DNA of 64,000 nt from Eledone cirrhosa (lineage: Eukaryota). This document shows positions 27,101 through 40,019 of the stretch, piece after piece. The notes under the pieces were generated by a model. It was not told where the DNA came from. It searched no databases and worked only from the letters and a program-made list of their open reading frames with translations. The stretch spans positions 354,578,001 to 354,642,000 of the forward strand of contig OZ024743.1 in NCBI GenBank assembly GCA_964016885.1, given 5' to 3'. A program made the position numbers and the translations under genes. Numbering within the stretch: the first letter of the stretch is position 1; each line of letters opens with the position of its first letter.

Positions 27101-30100
27101 TGGTGGTAGAGATTGAGGTTTTTGTGATTCTGGTAATGGTGATACTGATGATTGTCCTCATGCTGGTTGTTGTTGGTGGTAGAGATTTAGGTTTTTATGA
27201 TTCTGGTAATGGTGATGCTGATGATTTTCCTCATGCTGGTTGTTGTTGGTGGTAGAGATTGAGGTTTTTGTGATTCTGGTAATGGTGATGCTGATGATTG
27301 TCCTCATGCTGGTTGTTGTTGGTGGTAGAGATTAAGGTTTTTGTGATTCTGGTAATGGTGATGCTGATGATTGTCCTCATGCTGGTTGTTGTTGGTGGTA
27401 GAGATTAAGGTCTTTGTGATTCTGGTAATGGTGATGCTGATGATTGTCCTCATGCTGGTTGTTGTTGGTGGTAGAGATTGAGGTTTTTGTGATACTGGTA
27501 ATGGTGATGCTGATGATTGTCCTCATGCTGGTTGTTGTTGGTGGTAGAGATTGAGGTTTTTGTAATTCTGGTAATGGTGATGCTGATGATTGTCCTCATG
27601 CTGGTTGTTGTTGGTGGTAGAGATTGAGATTTTTGTGATTCTGGTAATGGTGAATCTGATGATTGTCCTCAAGCTGGTTGTTGTTGGTGGTAGAGATTGA
27701 GGTTTTTGTAATTCTGGTAATGGTGATGCTGATGATTGTCCTCATGCTGGTTGTTGTTGGTGGTAGAGATTGAGGTTTTTGTGATTCTTGTAATGGTGAT
27801 GCTGATGATTGTCCTCATGCTGGTTGTTGTTGGTGGTAGAGATTGAGGTTTTTGTGATTCTGGTAATGGTGATGCTGATGATTGTACTGATGCTGGTTGT
27901 TGTTGGTGGTAGAGATTGAGGATTTGTGATTCTGGTAATGGTGATGCTGATGATTGTCTTCATGCAGGTTGTTGTTGGTGATAGAGATTGAGGTCTTTGT
28001 GATTCGGGTAATGGTTATGCTGATGATTCTCCTCATGCTGGTTGTTGTTGGTGGTAGAAATTGAGGTTTTTGTGTTTCTGGTAATGGTGATGCTGATGAT
28101 AGTCTTCATGCTGGTTGTTGTTGGTGGTAGAGATTGAGGTTTTTGTGAATCTTGTAATGGTGATGCTGATGATTGTCCTCATGCTGTTTGTTGTTGGTGG
28201 TTGAGATTGAGGTTTTTGTGTTTCTGGTAATGGTGATGCTGATGATTGTCTTCTTGCTGGTTGTCATTGGTTGTAGAGATTGAGGTTTTTGTGATTCTTG
28301 TAATGGTGATGCTGATGATTGTCCTCATGCTGGTTGTTGTTGGTGGTAGAGATTGAGGTTTTTGTGATTCTGGTAATGGTGATTCTGATGATTGTCTTCA
28401 TGCTGGTTGTTGTTGGTGGTAGAGATTGAGGTTTTTTGTGGTTCTGGTAATGGTGATGCTGATGATTGTCCTCATGCTGGTTGTTGCTGGTGGTAGGGAT
28501 TGAGGTTTTTGTGATTCTGGTAATGGTGATGCTGATGATTGTCCTCATGCTGGTTGTTGTTGGTGGTAGAGATTGAGATTTTTGTGATTCTGGTAATGGT
28601 GATGCTGATGATTGTCCTCATGCTGGTTGTTGTTGGTGGTAGAGATTGAGGTTTTTGTGATTCTGGTAATGGTGATGCTGATGATTGTCCTCATGCTGGT
28701 TGTTGGTGGTGGTAGAGATTGAGGTTTTTGTGATTCTGGTAATGGTGATGCTGGAGATTGTCCTCATGCTGGTTGTTGTTGGTGGTAGAGATTGAGGTTT
28801 TTATGATTCTGGTAATGGTGATGCGGATGATTGTCCTCATGCTGGTTGTTGTTGGTGGTAGAGATTGAGGTTTTTGTGATTCTGGTAATGGTGATACTGA
28901 TGATTGTCCTCATGCTGGTTGTTGTTGGTGGTAGAGATTTAGGTTTTTATGATTCTGGTAATGGTGATGCTGATGATTGTCCTCATGCTGGTTGTTGTTG
29001 GTGGTAGAGATTGAGGTTTTTGTGATTCTGGTAATGGTGATGCTGATGATTGTCCTCATGCTGGTTGTTGTTGGTGGTAGAGATTGAGGTTTTTGTGATT
29101 CTGGTAATGGTGATGCTGATGATTGTCCTCATGCTGGTTGTTGTTGGTGGTAGAGATTAAGGTCTTTGTGATTCTGGTAATGGTGATGCTGATGATTGTC
29201 CTCATGCTGGTTGTTGTTGGTGGTAGAGATTGAGGTTTTTGTGATTCTGGTAATGGTGATGCTGATGATTGTCCTCATGCTGGTTGTTGTTGGTGGTAGA
29301 GATTGAGGTTTTTGTGATTCTTGTAATGGTGATGCTGATGATTGTCCTCATGCTGGTTGTTGTTGGTGGTAGAGATTGAGGTTTTTGTGATTCTGGTAAT
29401 GGTGATGCTGATGATTGTACTGATGCTGGTTGTTGTTGGTGGTAGAGATTGAGGATTTGTGATTCTGGTAATGGTGATGCTGATGATTGTCTTCATGCAG
29501 GTTGTTGTTGGTGATAGAGATTGAGGTCTTTGTGATTCGGGTAATGGTTATGCTGATGATTCTCCTCATGCTGGTTGTTGTTGGTGGTAGAAATTGAGGT
29601 TTTTGTGTTTCTGGTAATGGTGATGCTGATGATAGTCTTCATGCTGGTTGTTGTTGGTGGTAGAGATTGAGGTTTTTGTGAATCTTGTAATGGTGATGCT
29701 GATGATTGTCCTCATGCTGTTTGTTGTTGGTGGTTGAGATTGAGGTTTTTGTGTTTCTGGTAATGGTGATGCTGATGATTGTCTTCTTGCTGGTTGTCAT
29801 TGGTTGTAGAGATTGAGGTTTTTGTGATTCTTGTAATGGTGATGCTGATGATTGTCCTCATGCTGGTTGTTGTTGGTGGTAGAGATTGAGGTTTTTTGTG
29901 GTTCTGGTAATGGTGATGCTGATGATTGTGCTTATGGTGGTTGTTGTTGGTGGTAGAGATTGAAGTTTTTTGTGGTTCTGGTAATGGTGATGCTGATGAT
30001 TGTGCTCATGGTGGTTGTTGTTGGTGGTAGAGATTGAGGTTTTTGTGATTCTGGTAATGGTGATTCTGATGATTGTCTTCATGCTGGTTGTTGTTGGTGG

Positions 30101-33100
30101 TAGAGATTGAGGTTTTTTGTGGTTCTGGTAATGGTGATGCTGATGATTGTCCTCATGCTGGTTGTTGTTGGTGGTAGAGATTGAGGTTTTTGTGATTCTG
30201 GTAATGGTGATGCTGATGATTGTCCTCATGCTGGTTGTTGCTGGTGGTAGAGATTGAGGTTTTTGTGATTCTGGTAATGGTGATGCTGATGATTGTCCTC
30301 ATGCTGGTTGTTGGTGGTGGTAGAGATTGAGGTTTTTGTGATTCTGGTAATGGTGATGCTGATGATTGTCCTCATGCTGGTTGTTGTTGGTGGTAGAGAT
30401 TGAGGTTTTTATGATTCTGGTAATGGTGATGCGGATGATTGTCCTCATGCTGGTTGTTGTTGGTGGTAGAGATTCAGGTTTTTGTGATTCTGGTAATGGT
30501 GATGCTGATGATTGTCCTCATGCTGGTTGTTGTTGGTGGTAGAGATTTAGGTTTTTATGATTCTGGTAATGGTGATGCTGATGATTGTCCTCATGCTGGT
30601 TGTTGTTGGTGGTAGAGATTGAGGTTTTTGTGATTCTGGTAATGGTGATGCTGATGATTGTCCTCATGCTGGTTGTTGTTGGTGGTAGAGATTGAGGTTT
30701 TTGTGATTCTGGTAATGGTGATGCTGATGATTGTCCTCATGCTGGTTGTTGTTGGTGGTAGAGATTAAGGTCTTTGTGATTCTGGTAATGGTGATGCTGA
30801 TGATTGTCCTCATGCTGGTTGTTGTTGGTGGTAGAGATTGAGGTTTTTGTGATACTGGTAATGGTGATGCTGATGATTGTCCTCATGCTGGTTGTTGTTG
30901 GTGGTAGAGATTGAGGTTTTTGTAATTCTGGTAATGGTGATGCTGATGATTGTCCTCATGCTGGTTGTTGTTGGTGGTAGAGATTGAGATTTTTGTGATT
31001 CTGGTAATGGTGAATCTGATGATTGTCCTCAAGCTGGTTGTTGTTGGTGGTAGAGATTGAGGTTTTTGTAATTCTGGTAATGGTGATGCTGATGATTGTC
31101 CTCATGCTGGTTGTTGTTGGTGGTAGAGATTGAGGTTTTTGTAATTCTGGTAATGGTGATGCTGATGATTGTCCTCATGCTGGTTGTTGTTGGTGGTAGA
31201 GATTGAGGTTTTTGTGATTCTTGTAATGGTGATGCTGATGATTGTCCTCATGCTGGTTGTTGTTGGTGGTAGAATTGAGGTTTTTTGTGGTTCTGGTAAT
31301 GGTGATGCTGATGATTGTGCTTATGGTGGTTGTTGTTGGTGGTAGAGATTGAAGTTTTTTGTGGTTCTGGTAATGGTGATGCTGATGATTGTGCTCATGG
31401 TGGTTGTTGTTGGTGGTAGAGATTGAGGTTTTTGTGATTCTGGTAATGGTGATGCTGATGATTGTCCTCATGCTGGTTGTTGTTGGTGGTAGAGATTGAG
31501 GTTTTTGTGATTCTGGTAATGGTGATGCTGATGATTGTCCTCATGCTGGTTGTTGTTGGTGGTAGAGATTGAGGTTTTTGTGATTCTGGTAATGGTGATG
31601 CTGATGATTGTCCTCATGCTGGTTGTTGTTGGTGGTAGAGATTAAGGTCTTTGTGATTCTGGTAATGGTGATGCTGATGATTGTCCTCATGCTGGTTGTT
31701 GTTGGTGGTAGAGATTGAGGTTTTTGTGATACTGGTAATGGTGATGCTGATGATTGTCCTCATGCTGGTTGTTGTTGGTGGTAGAGATTGAGGTTTTTGT
31801 AATTCTGGTAATGGTGATGCTGATGATTGTCCTCATGCTGGTTGTTGTTGGTGGTAGAGATTGAGATTTTTGTGATTCTGGTAATGGTGAATCTGATGAT
31901 TGTCCTCAAGCTGGTTGTTGTTGGTGGTAGAGATTGAGGTTTTTGTAATTCTGGTAATGGTGATGCTGATGATTGTCCTCATGCTGGTTGTTGTTGGTGG
32001 TAGAGATTGAGGTTTTTGTAATTCTGGTAATGGTGATGCTGATGATTGTCCTCATGCTGGTTGTTGTTGGTGGTAGAGATTGAGGTTTTTGTGATTCTTG
32101 TAATGGTGATGCTGAGGATTGTCCTCATGCTGGTTGTTGTTGGTGGTAGAATTGAGGTTTTTTGTGGTTCTGGTAATGGTGATGCTGATGATTGTGCTTA
32201 TGGTGGTTGTTGTTGGTGGTAGAGATTGAAGTTTTTTGTGGTTCTGGTAATGGTGATGCTGATGATTGTGCTCATGGTGGTTGTTGTTGGTGGTAGAGAT
32301 TGAGGTTTTTGTGATTCTGGTAATGGTGATTCTGATGATTGTCTTCATGCTGGTTGTTGTTGGTGGTAGAGATTGAGGTTTTTTGTGGTTCTGGTAATGG
32401 TGATGCTGATGATTGTCCTCATGCTGGTTGTTGTTGGTGGTAGAGATTGAGGTTTTTGTGATTCTGGTAATGGTGATGCTGATGATTGTCCTCATGCTGG
32501 TTGTTGCTGGTGGTAGAGATTGAGGTTTTTGTGATTCTGGTAATGGTGATGCTGATGATTGTCCTCATGCTGGTTGTTGGTGGTGGTAGAGATTGAGGTT
32601 TTTGTGATTCTGGTAATGGTGATGCTGATGATTGTCCTCATGCTGGTTGTTGTTGGTGGTAGAGATTGAGGTTTTTATGATTCTGGTAATGGTGATGCGG
32701 ATGATTGTCCTCATGCTGGTTGTTGTTGGTGGTAGAGATTCAGGTTTTTGTGATTCTGGTAATGGTGATGCTGATGATTGTCCTCATGCTGGTTGTTGTT
32801 GGTGGTAGAGATTTAGGTTTTTATGATTCTGGTAATGGTGATGCTGATGATTGTCCTCATGCTGGTTGTTGTTGGTGGTAGAGATTGAGATTTTTGTGAT
32901 TCTGGTAATGGTGAATCTGATGATTGTCCTCAAGCTGGTTGTTGTTGGTGGTAGAGATTGAGGTTTTTGTAATTCTGGTAATGGTGATGCTGATGATTGT
33001 CCTCATGCTGGTTGTTGTTGGTGGTAGAGATTGAGGTTTTTGTAATTCTGGTAATGGTGATGCTGATGATTGTCCTCATGCTGGTTGTTGTTGGTGGTAG

Positions 33101-33599
33101 AGATTGAGGTTTTTGTGATTCTTGTAATGGTGATGCTGATGGTTGTCCTCATGCTGGTTGTTGTTGGTGGTAGAATTGAGGTTTTTTGTGGTTCTGGTAA
33201 TGGTGATGCTGATGATTGTGCTTATGGTGGTTGTTGTTGGTGGTAGAGATTGAGGTTTTTTGTGGTTCTGGTAATGGTGATGCTGATGATTGTGCTCATG
33301 GTGGTTGTTGTTGGTGGTAGAGATTGAGGTTTTTGTGATTCTGGTAATGGTGATTCTGATGATTGTCTTCATGCTGGTTGTTGTTGGTGGTAGAGATTGA
33401 GGTTTTTTGTGGTTCTGGTAATGGTGATGCTGATGATTGTCCTCATGCTGGTTGTTGTTGGTGGTAGAGATTGAGGTTTTTGTGATTCTGGTAATGGTGA
33501 TGCTGATGATTGTCCTCATGCTGGTTGTTGCTGGTGGTAGGGATTGAGGTTTTTGTGATTCTGGTAATGGTGATTCTGATGATTGTCTTCATGCTGGTT

Positions 33600-36500
33600 G
33601 TTGTTGGTGGTAGAGATTGAGGTTTTTTGTGGTTCTGGTAATGGTGATGCTGATGATTGTCCTCATGCTGGTTGTTGTTGGTGGTAGAGATTGAGGTTTT
33701 TGTGATTCTGGTAATGGTGATGCTGATGATTGTCCTCATGCTGGTTGTTGTTGGTGGTAGAGATTGAGGTTTTTGTGATTCTGGTAATGGTGATGCTGAT
33801 GATTGTCCTCATGCTGGTTGTTGGTGGTGGTAGAGATTGAGGTTTTTGTGATTCTGGTAATGGTGATGCTGATGATTGTCCTCATGCTGGTTGTTGTTGG
33901 TGGTAGAGATTGAGGTTTTTATGATTCTGGTAATGGTGATGCGGATGATTGTCCTCATGCTGGTTGTTGTTGGTGGTAGACATTGAGGTTTTTGTGATTC
34001 TGGTAATGGTGATGCTGATGATTGTCCTCATGCTGGTTGTTGTTGGTGGTAGATATTTAGGTTTTTATGATTCTGGTAATGGTGATGCTGATGATTGTCC
34101 TCATGCTGGTTGTTGTTGGTGGTAGAGATTGAGGTTTTTGTGATTCTGGTAATGGTGATGCTGATGATTGTCCTCATGCTGGTTGTTGTTGGTGGTAGAG
34201 ATTAAGGTCTTTGTGATTCTGGTAATGGTGATGCTGATGATTGTCCTCATGCTGGTTGTTGTTGGTGGTAGAGATTGAGGTTTTTGTGATACTGGTAATG
34301 GTGATGCTGATGATTGTCCTCATGCTGGTTGTTGTTGGTGGTAGAGATTGAGGTTTTTGTAATTCTGGTAATGGTGATGCTGATGATTGTCCTCATGCTG
34401 GTTGTTGTTGGTGGTAGAGATTGAGATTTTTGTGATTCTGGTAATGGTGAATCTGATGATTGTCCTCAAGCTGGTTGTTGTTGGTGGTAGAGATTGAGGT
34501 TTTTGTAATTCTGGTAATGGTGATTCTGAAGATTGTGCTGTTGCTGGTTGTTGTTGGTGGTAGAGATTAAGGTTTTTGTGATTCTGGTAATGGTGATGCT
34601 GATGATTGTCCTCATGCTGGTTGTTGTTGGTGGTAGAGATTGAGGTTTTTGTGATTCTGGTAATGGTGATGCTGATGATTGTCCTCATGCTGGTTGTTGT
34701 TGGTGGTAGAGATTGAGGTTTTTGTGATTCTGGTAATGGTGATGGTGATGATTGTCCTCATGCTGGTTGTTGGTGGTGATAGAGATTGAGGGTTTTGTGA
34801 TTCTGGTAGTGGTGATGCTGATGATTGTCCTCATGCTGGTTGTTGTTGGTGGTAGAGATTGAGGTTTTTGTGATTCTGGTAATGGTGATGCTGATGATTG
34901 TGCTCATGGTGGTTGTTGTTGGTGGTAGAGATTGAGGTTTTTGTGATTCTGGTAATGGTGATTCTGATGATTGTCTTCATGCTGGTTGTTGTTGGATGTA
35001 GAGATTGAGGTTTTTTGTGGTTCTGGTAATGGTGATGCGGATGATTGTCCTCATGCTGGTTGTTGTTGGTGGTAGAGATTGAGGTTTTTGTGATTCTGGT
35101 AATGGTGATGCTGATGATTGTCCTCATGCTGGTTGTTGCTGGTGGTAGGGATTGAGGTTTTTGTGATTCTGGTAATGGTGATGCTGATGATTGTCCTCAT
35201 GCTGGTTGTTGTTGGTGGTAGAGATTGAGGTTTTTGTGATTCTGGTAATGGTGATGCTGATGATTGTCCTCATGCTGGTTGTTGTTGGTGGTAGAGATTG
35301 AGGTTTTTGTGATTCTGGTAATGGTGATGCTGATGATTGTCCTCATGCTGGTTGTTGGTGGTGGTAGAGATTGAGGTTTTTGTGATTCTGGTAATGGTGA
35401 TGCTGATGATTGTCCTCATGCTGGTTGTTGTTGGTGGTAGAGATTGAGGTTTTTATGATTCTGGTAATGGTGTTGCGGATGATTGTCCTCATGCTGGTTG
35501 TTGTTGGTGGTAGAGATTGAGGTTTTTGTGATTCTGGTAATGGTGATGCTGATGATTGTCCTCATGCTGGTTGTTGTTGGTGGTAGAGATTTAGGTTTTT
35601 ATGATTCTGGTAATGGTGATGCTGATGATTGTCCTCATGATGGTTGTTGTTGGTGGTAGAGATTGAGGTTTTTGTGATTCTGGTAATGGTGATGCTGATG
35701 ATTGTGCTTATGGTGGTTGTTGTTGGTGGTAGAGATTGAGGTTTTTTGTGGTTCTGGTAATGGTGATGCTGATGATTGTGCTCATGGTGGTTGTTGTTGG
35801 TGGTAGAGATTGAGGTTTTTGTGATTCTGGTAATGGTGATGCTGATGATTGTGCTCATGTTGGTTGTTGTTGGTGGTAGAGATTGAGGTTTTTGTGATTC
35901 TGGTAATGGTGATTCTGATGATTGTCTTCATGCTGGTTGTTGTTGGTGGTAGAGATTGAGGTTTTTTGTGGTTCTGGTAATGGTGATGCTGATGATTGTC
36001 CTCATGCTGGTTGTTGTTGGTGGTAGAGATTGAGGTTTTTGTGATTCTGGTAATGGTGATGCTGATGATTGTCCTCATGCTGGTTGTTGCTGGTGGTAGG
36101 GATTGAGGTTTTTGTGATTCTGGTAATGGTGATGCTGATGATTGTCCTCATGCTGGTTGTTGTTGGTGGTAGAGATTGAGGTTTTTGTGATTCTGGTAAT
36201 GGTGATGCTGATGATTGTCCTCATGCTGGTTGTTGTTGGTGGTAGAGATTGAGGTTTTTGTGATTCTGGTAATGGTGATGCTGATGATTGTCCTCATGCT
36301 GGTTGTTGGTGGTGGTAGAGATTGAGGTTTTTGTGATTCTGGTAATGGTGATGCTGATGATTGTCCTCATGCTGGTTGTTGTTGGTGGTAGAGATTGAGG
36401 TTTTTATGATTCTGGTAATGGTGATGCGGATGATTGTCCTCATGCTGGTTGTTGTTGGTGGTAGACATTGAGGTTTTTGTGATTCTGGTAATGGTGATGC

Positions 36501-38250
36501 TGATGATTGTCCTCATGCTGGTTGTTGTTGGTGGTAGATATTTAGGTTTTTATGATTCTGGTAATGGTGATGCTGATGATTGTCCTCATGCTGGTTGTTG
36601 TTGGTGGTAGAGATTGAGGTTTTTGTGATTCTGGTAATGGTGATGCTGATGATTGTCCTCATGCTGGTTGTTGTTGGTGGTAGAGATTGAGGTTTTTGTG
36701 ATTCTGGTAGTGGTGATGCTGATGATTGTCCTCATGCTGGTTGTTGTTGGTGGTAGAGATTAAGGTCTTTGTGATTCTGGTAATGGTGATGCTGATGATT
36801 GTCCTCATGCTGGTTGTTGTTGGTGGTAGAGATTGAGGTTTTTGTGATACTGGTAATGGTGATGCTGATGATTGTCCTCATGCTGGTTGTTGTTGGTGGT
36901 AGAGATTGAGGTTTTTGTAATTCTGGTAATGGTGATGCTGATGATTGTCCTCATGCTGGTTGTTGTTGGTGGTAGAGATTGAGATTTTTGTGATTCTGGT
37001 AATGGTGAATCTGATGATTGTCCTCAAGCTGGTTGTTGTTGGTGGTAGAGATTGAGGTTTTTGTAATTCTGGTAATGGTGATTCTGAAGATTGTGCTGTT
37101 GCTGGTTGTTGTTGGTGGTAGAGATTAAGGTTTTTGTGATTCTGGTAATGGTGATGCTGATGATTGTCCTCATGCTGGTTGTTGTTGGTGGTAGAGATTG
37201 AGGTTTTTGTGATTCTGGTAATGGTGATGCTGATGATTGTCCTCATGCTGGTTGTTGTTGGTGGTAGAGATTGAGGTTTTTGTGATTCTGGTAATGGTGA
37301 TGGTGATGATTGTCCTCATGCTGGTTGTTGGTGGTGATAGAGATTGAGGGTTTTGTGATTCTGGTAGTGGTGATGCTGATGATTGTCCTCATGCTGGTTG
37401 TTGTTGGTGGTAGAGATTGAGGTTTTTGTGATTCTGGTAATGGTGATGCTGATGATTGTGCTCATGGTGGTTGTTGTTGGTGGTAGAGATTGAGGTTTTT
37501 GTGATTCTGGTAATGGTGATTCTGATGATTGTCTTCATGCTGGTTGTTGTTGGATGTAGAGATTGAGGTTTTTTGTGGTTCTGGTAATGGTGATGCTGAT
37601 GATTGTCCTCATGCTGGTTGTTGTTGGTGGTAGAGATTGAGGTTTTTGTGATTCTGGTAATGGTGATGCTGATGATTGTCCTCATGCTGGTTGTTGCTGG
37701 TGGTAGGGATTGAGGTTTTTGTGATTCTGGTAATGGTGATGCTGATGATTGTCCTCATGCTGGTTGTTGTTGGTGGTAGAGATTGAGGTTTTTGTGATTC
37801 TGGTAATGGTGATGCTGATGATTGTCCTCATGCTGGTTGTTGTTGGTGGTAGAGATTGAGGTTTTTGTGATTCTGGTAATGGTGATGCTGATGATTGTCC
37901 TCATGCTGGTTGTTGGTGGTGGTAGAGATTGAGGTTTTTGTGATTCTGGTAATGGTGATGCTGATGATTGTCCTCATGCTGGTTGTTGTTGGTGGTAGAG
38001 ATTGAGGTTTTTATGATTCTGGTAATGGTGTTGCGGATGATTGTCCTCATGCTGGTTGTTGTTGGTGGTAGAGATTGAGGTTTTTGTGATTCTGGTAATG
38101 GTGATGCTGATGATTGTCCTCATGCTGGTTGTTGTTGGTGGTAGAGATTTAGGTTTTTATGATTCTGGTAATGGTGATGCTGATGATTGTCCTCATGATG
38201 GTTGTTGTTGGTGGTAGAGATTGAGGTTTTTGTGATTCTGGTAATGGTGA
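33600..38250 (+). repeat. Tandem duplication of a roughly 35-monomer (2558-bp) block
   Basis: ORF pairs 34320/36878, 34831/37389 and 35562/38120 are offset by 2558 = 35x73+3. Private markers TAGACATTG, TAGATATTTAG, GTGCTGTTGC, TTGGATGTAG, GTTGCGGAT and CATGATGG each occur twice. Confidence 0.88.
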
Positions 38251-40019
38251 TGCTGATGATTGTCCTCATGCTGGTTGTTGTTGGTGGTAGAGGATTGAGG
38301 TTTTTGTGATTCTGGTAATGGTGATGCTGATGATTGTCCTCATGCTGGTTGTTGTTAGTGGTAGAGATTAAGGTCTTTGTGATTCTGGTAATGGTGATGC
38401 TGATGATTGTCCTCATGCTGGTTGTTGTTGGTGGTAGAGATTAAGGTTTTTGTGATACTGGTAATGGTGATGCTGATGATTGTCCTCATGCTGGTTGTTG
38501 TTGGTGGTAGAGATTGAGGTTTTTGTAATTCTGGTAATGGTGATGCTGATGATTGTCCTCGTGCTGGTTGTTGTTGGTGGTAGAGATTGAGATTTTTGTG
38601 ATTCTGGTAATGGTGAATCTGATGATTGTCCTCAAGCTGGTTGTTGTTGGTGGTAGAGATTGAGGTTTTTGTAATTCTGGTAATGGTGATGCTGATGATT
38701 GTCCTCATGCTGGTTGTTGTTGGTGGTAGAGATTGAGGTTTTTGTAATTCTGGTAATGGTGATGCTGATGATTGTCCTCATGCTGGTTGTTGTTGGTGGA
38801 AGAGATTGAGGTTTTTGTGATTCTTGTAATGGTGATGCTGATGATTGTCCTCATGCTGGTTGTTGTTGGTGGTAGAGATTGAGGTTTTTTGTGGTTCTGG
38901 TAATGGTGATGCTGATGATTGTGCTTATGGTGGTTGTTGTTGGTGGTAGAGATTGAGGTTTTTTGTGGTTCTGGTAATGGTGATGCTGATGATTGTGCTC
39001 ATGTTGGTTGTTGTTGGTGGTAGAGATTGAGGTTTTTGTGATTCTGGTAATGGTGATTCTGATGATTGTCTTCATGCTGGTTGTTGTTGGTGGTAGAGAT
39101 TGAGGTTTTTTGTGGTTCTGGTAATGGTGATGCTGATGATTGGCCTCATGCTGGTTGTTGTTGGTGGTAGAGATTGCGGTTTTTGTGATTCTGGTAATGG
39201 TGATGCTGATGATTGTCCTCATGCTGGTTGTTGCTGGTGGTAGGGATTGAGGTTTTTGTGATTCTGGTAATGGTGATGCTGATGATTGTCCTCATGCTGC
39301 TTGTTGTTGGTGGTAGAGATTGAGGTTTTTGTGATTCTGGTAATGGTGATGCTGATGATTGTCCTCATGCTGGTTGTTGTTGGTGGTAGAGATTGAGGTT
39401 TTTGTGATTCTGGTAATGGTGATGCTGATGATTGTCCTCATGCTGGTTGTTGGTGGTGGTAGAGATTGAGGTTTTTGTGATTCTGGTAATGGTGATGCTG
39501 ATGATTGTCCTCATGCTGGTTGTTGTTGGTGGTAGAGATTAAGGTCTTTGTGATTCTAGTAATGGTGATGCTGATGATTGTCCTCATGCTGGTTGTTGTT
39601 GGTGGTAGAGATTGAGGTTTTTGTGATACTGGTAATGGTGATGCTGATGATTGTCCTCATGCTGGTTGTTGTTGGTGGTAGAGATTGAGGTTTTTGTAAT
39701 TCTGGTAATGGTGATGCTGATGATTGTCCTCATGCTGGTTGTTGTTGGTGGTAGAGATTGAGGTTTTTGTGATTCTGGTAATGGTGATGCTGATCATTGT
39801 CCTCATGCTGGTTGTTGGTGGTGGTAGAGATTGAGGTTTTTGTGATTCTGGTAATGGTGATGCTGATGATTGTCCTCATGCTGGTTGTTGTTGGTGGTAG
39901 AGATTGAGGTTTTTGTGATTCTGGTAATGGTGATGCTGATCATTGTCCTCATGCTGGTTGTTGGTGGTGGTAGAGATTGAGGTTTTTGTGATTCTGGTAA
40001 TGGTGATGCTGATGATTGT

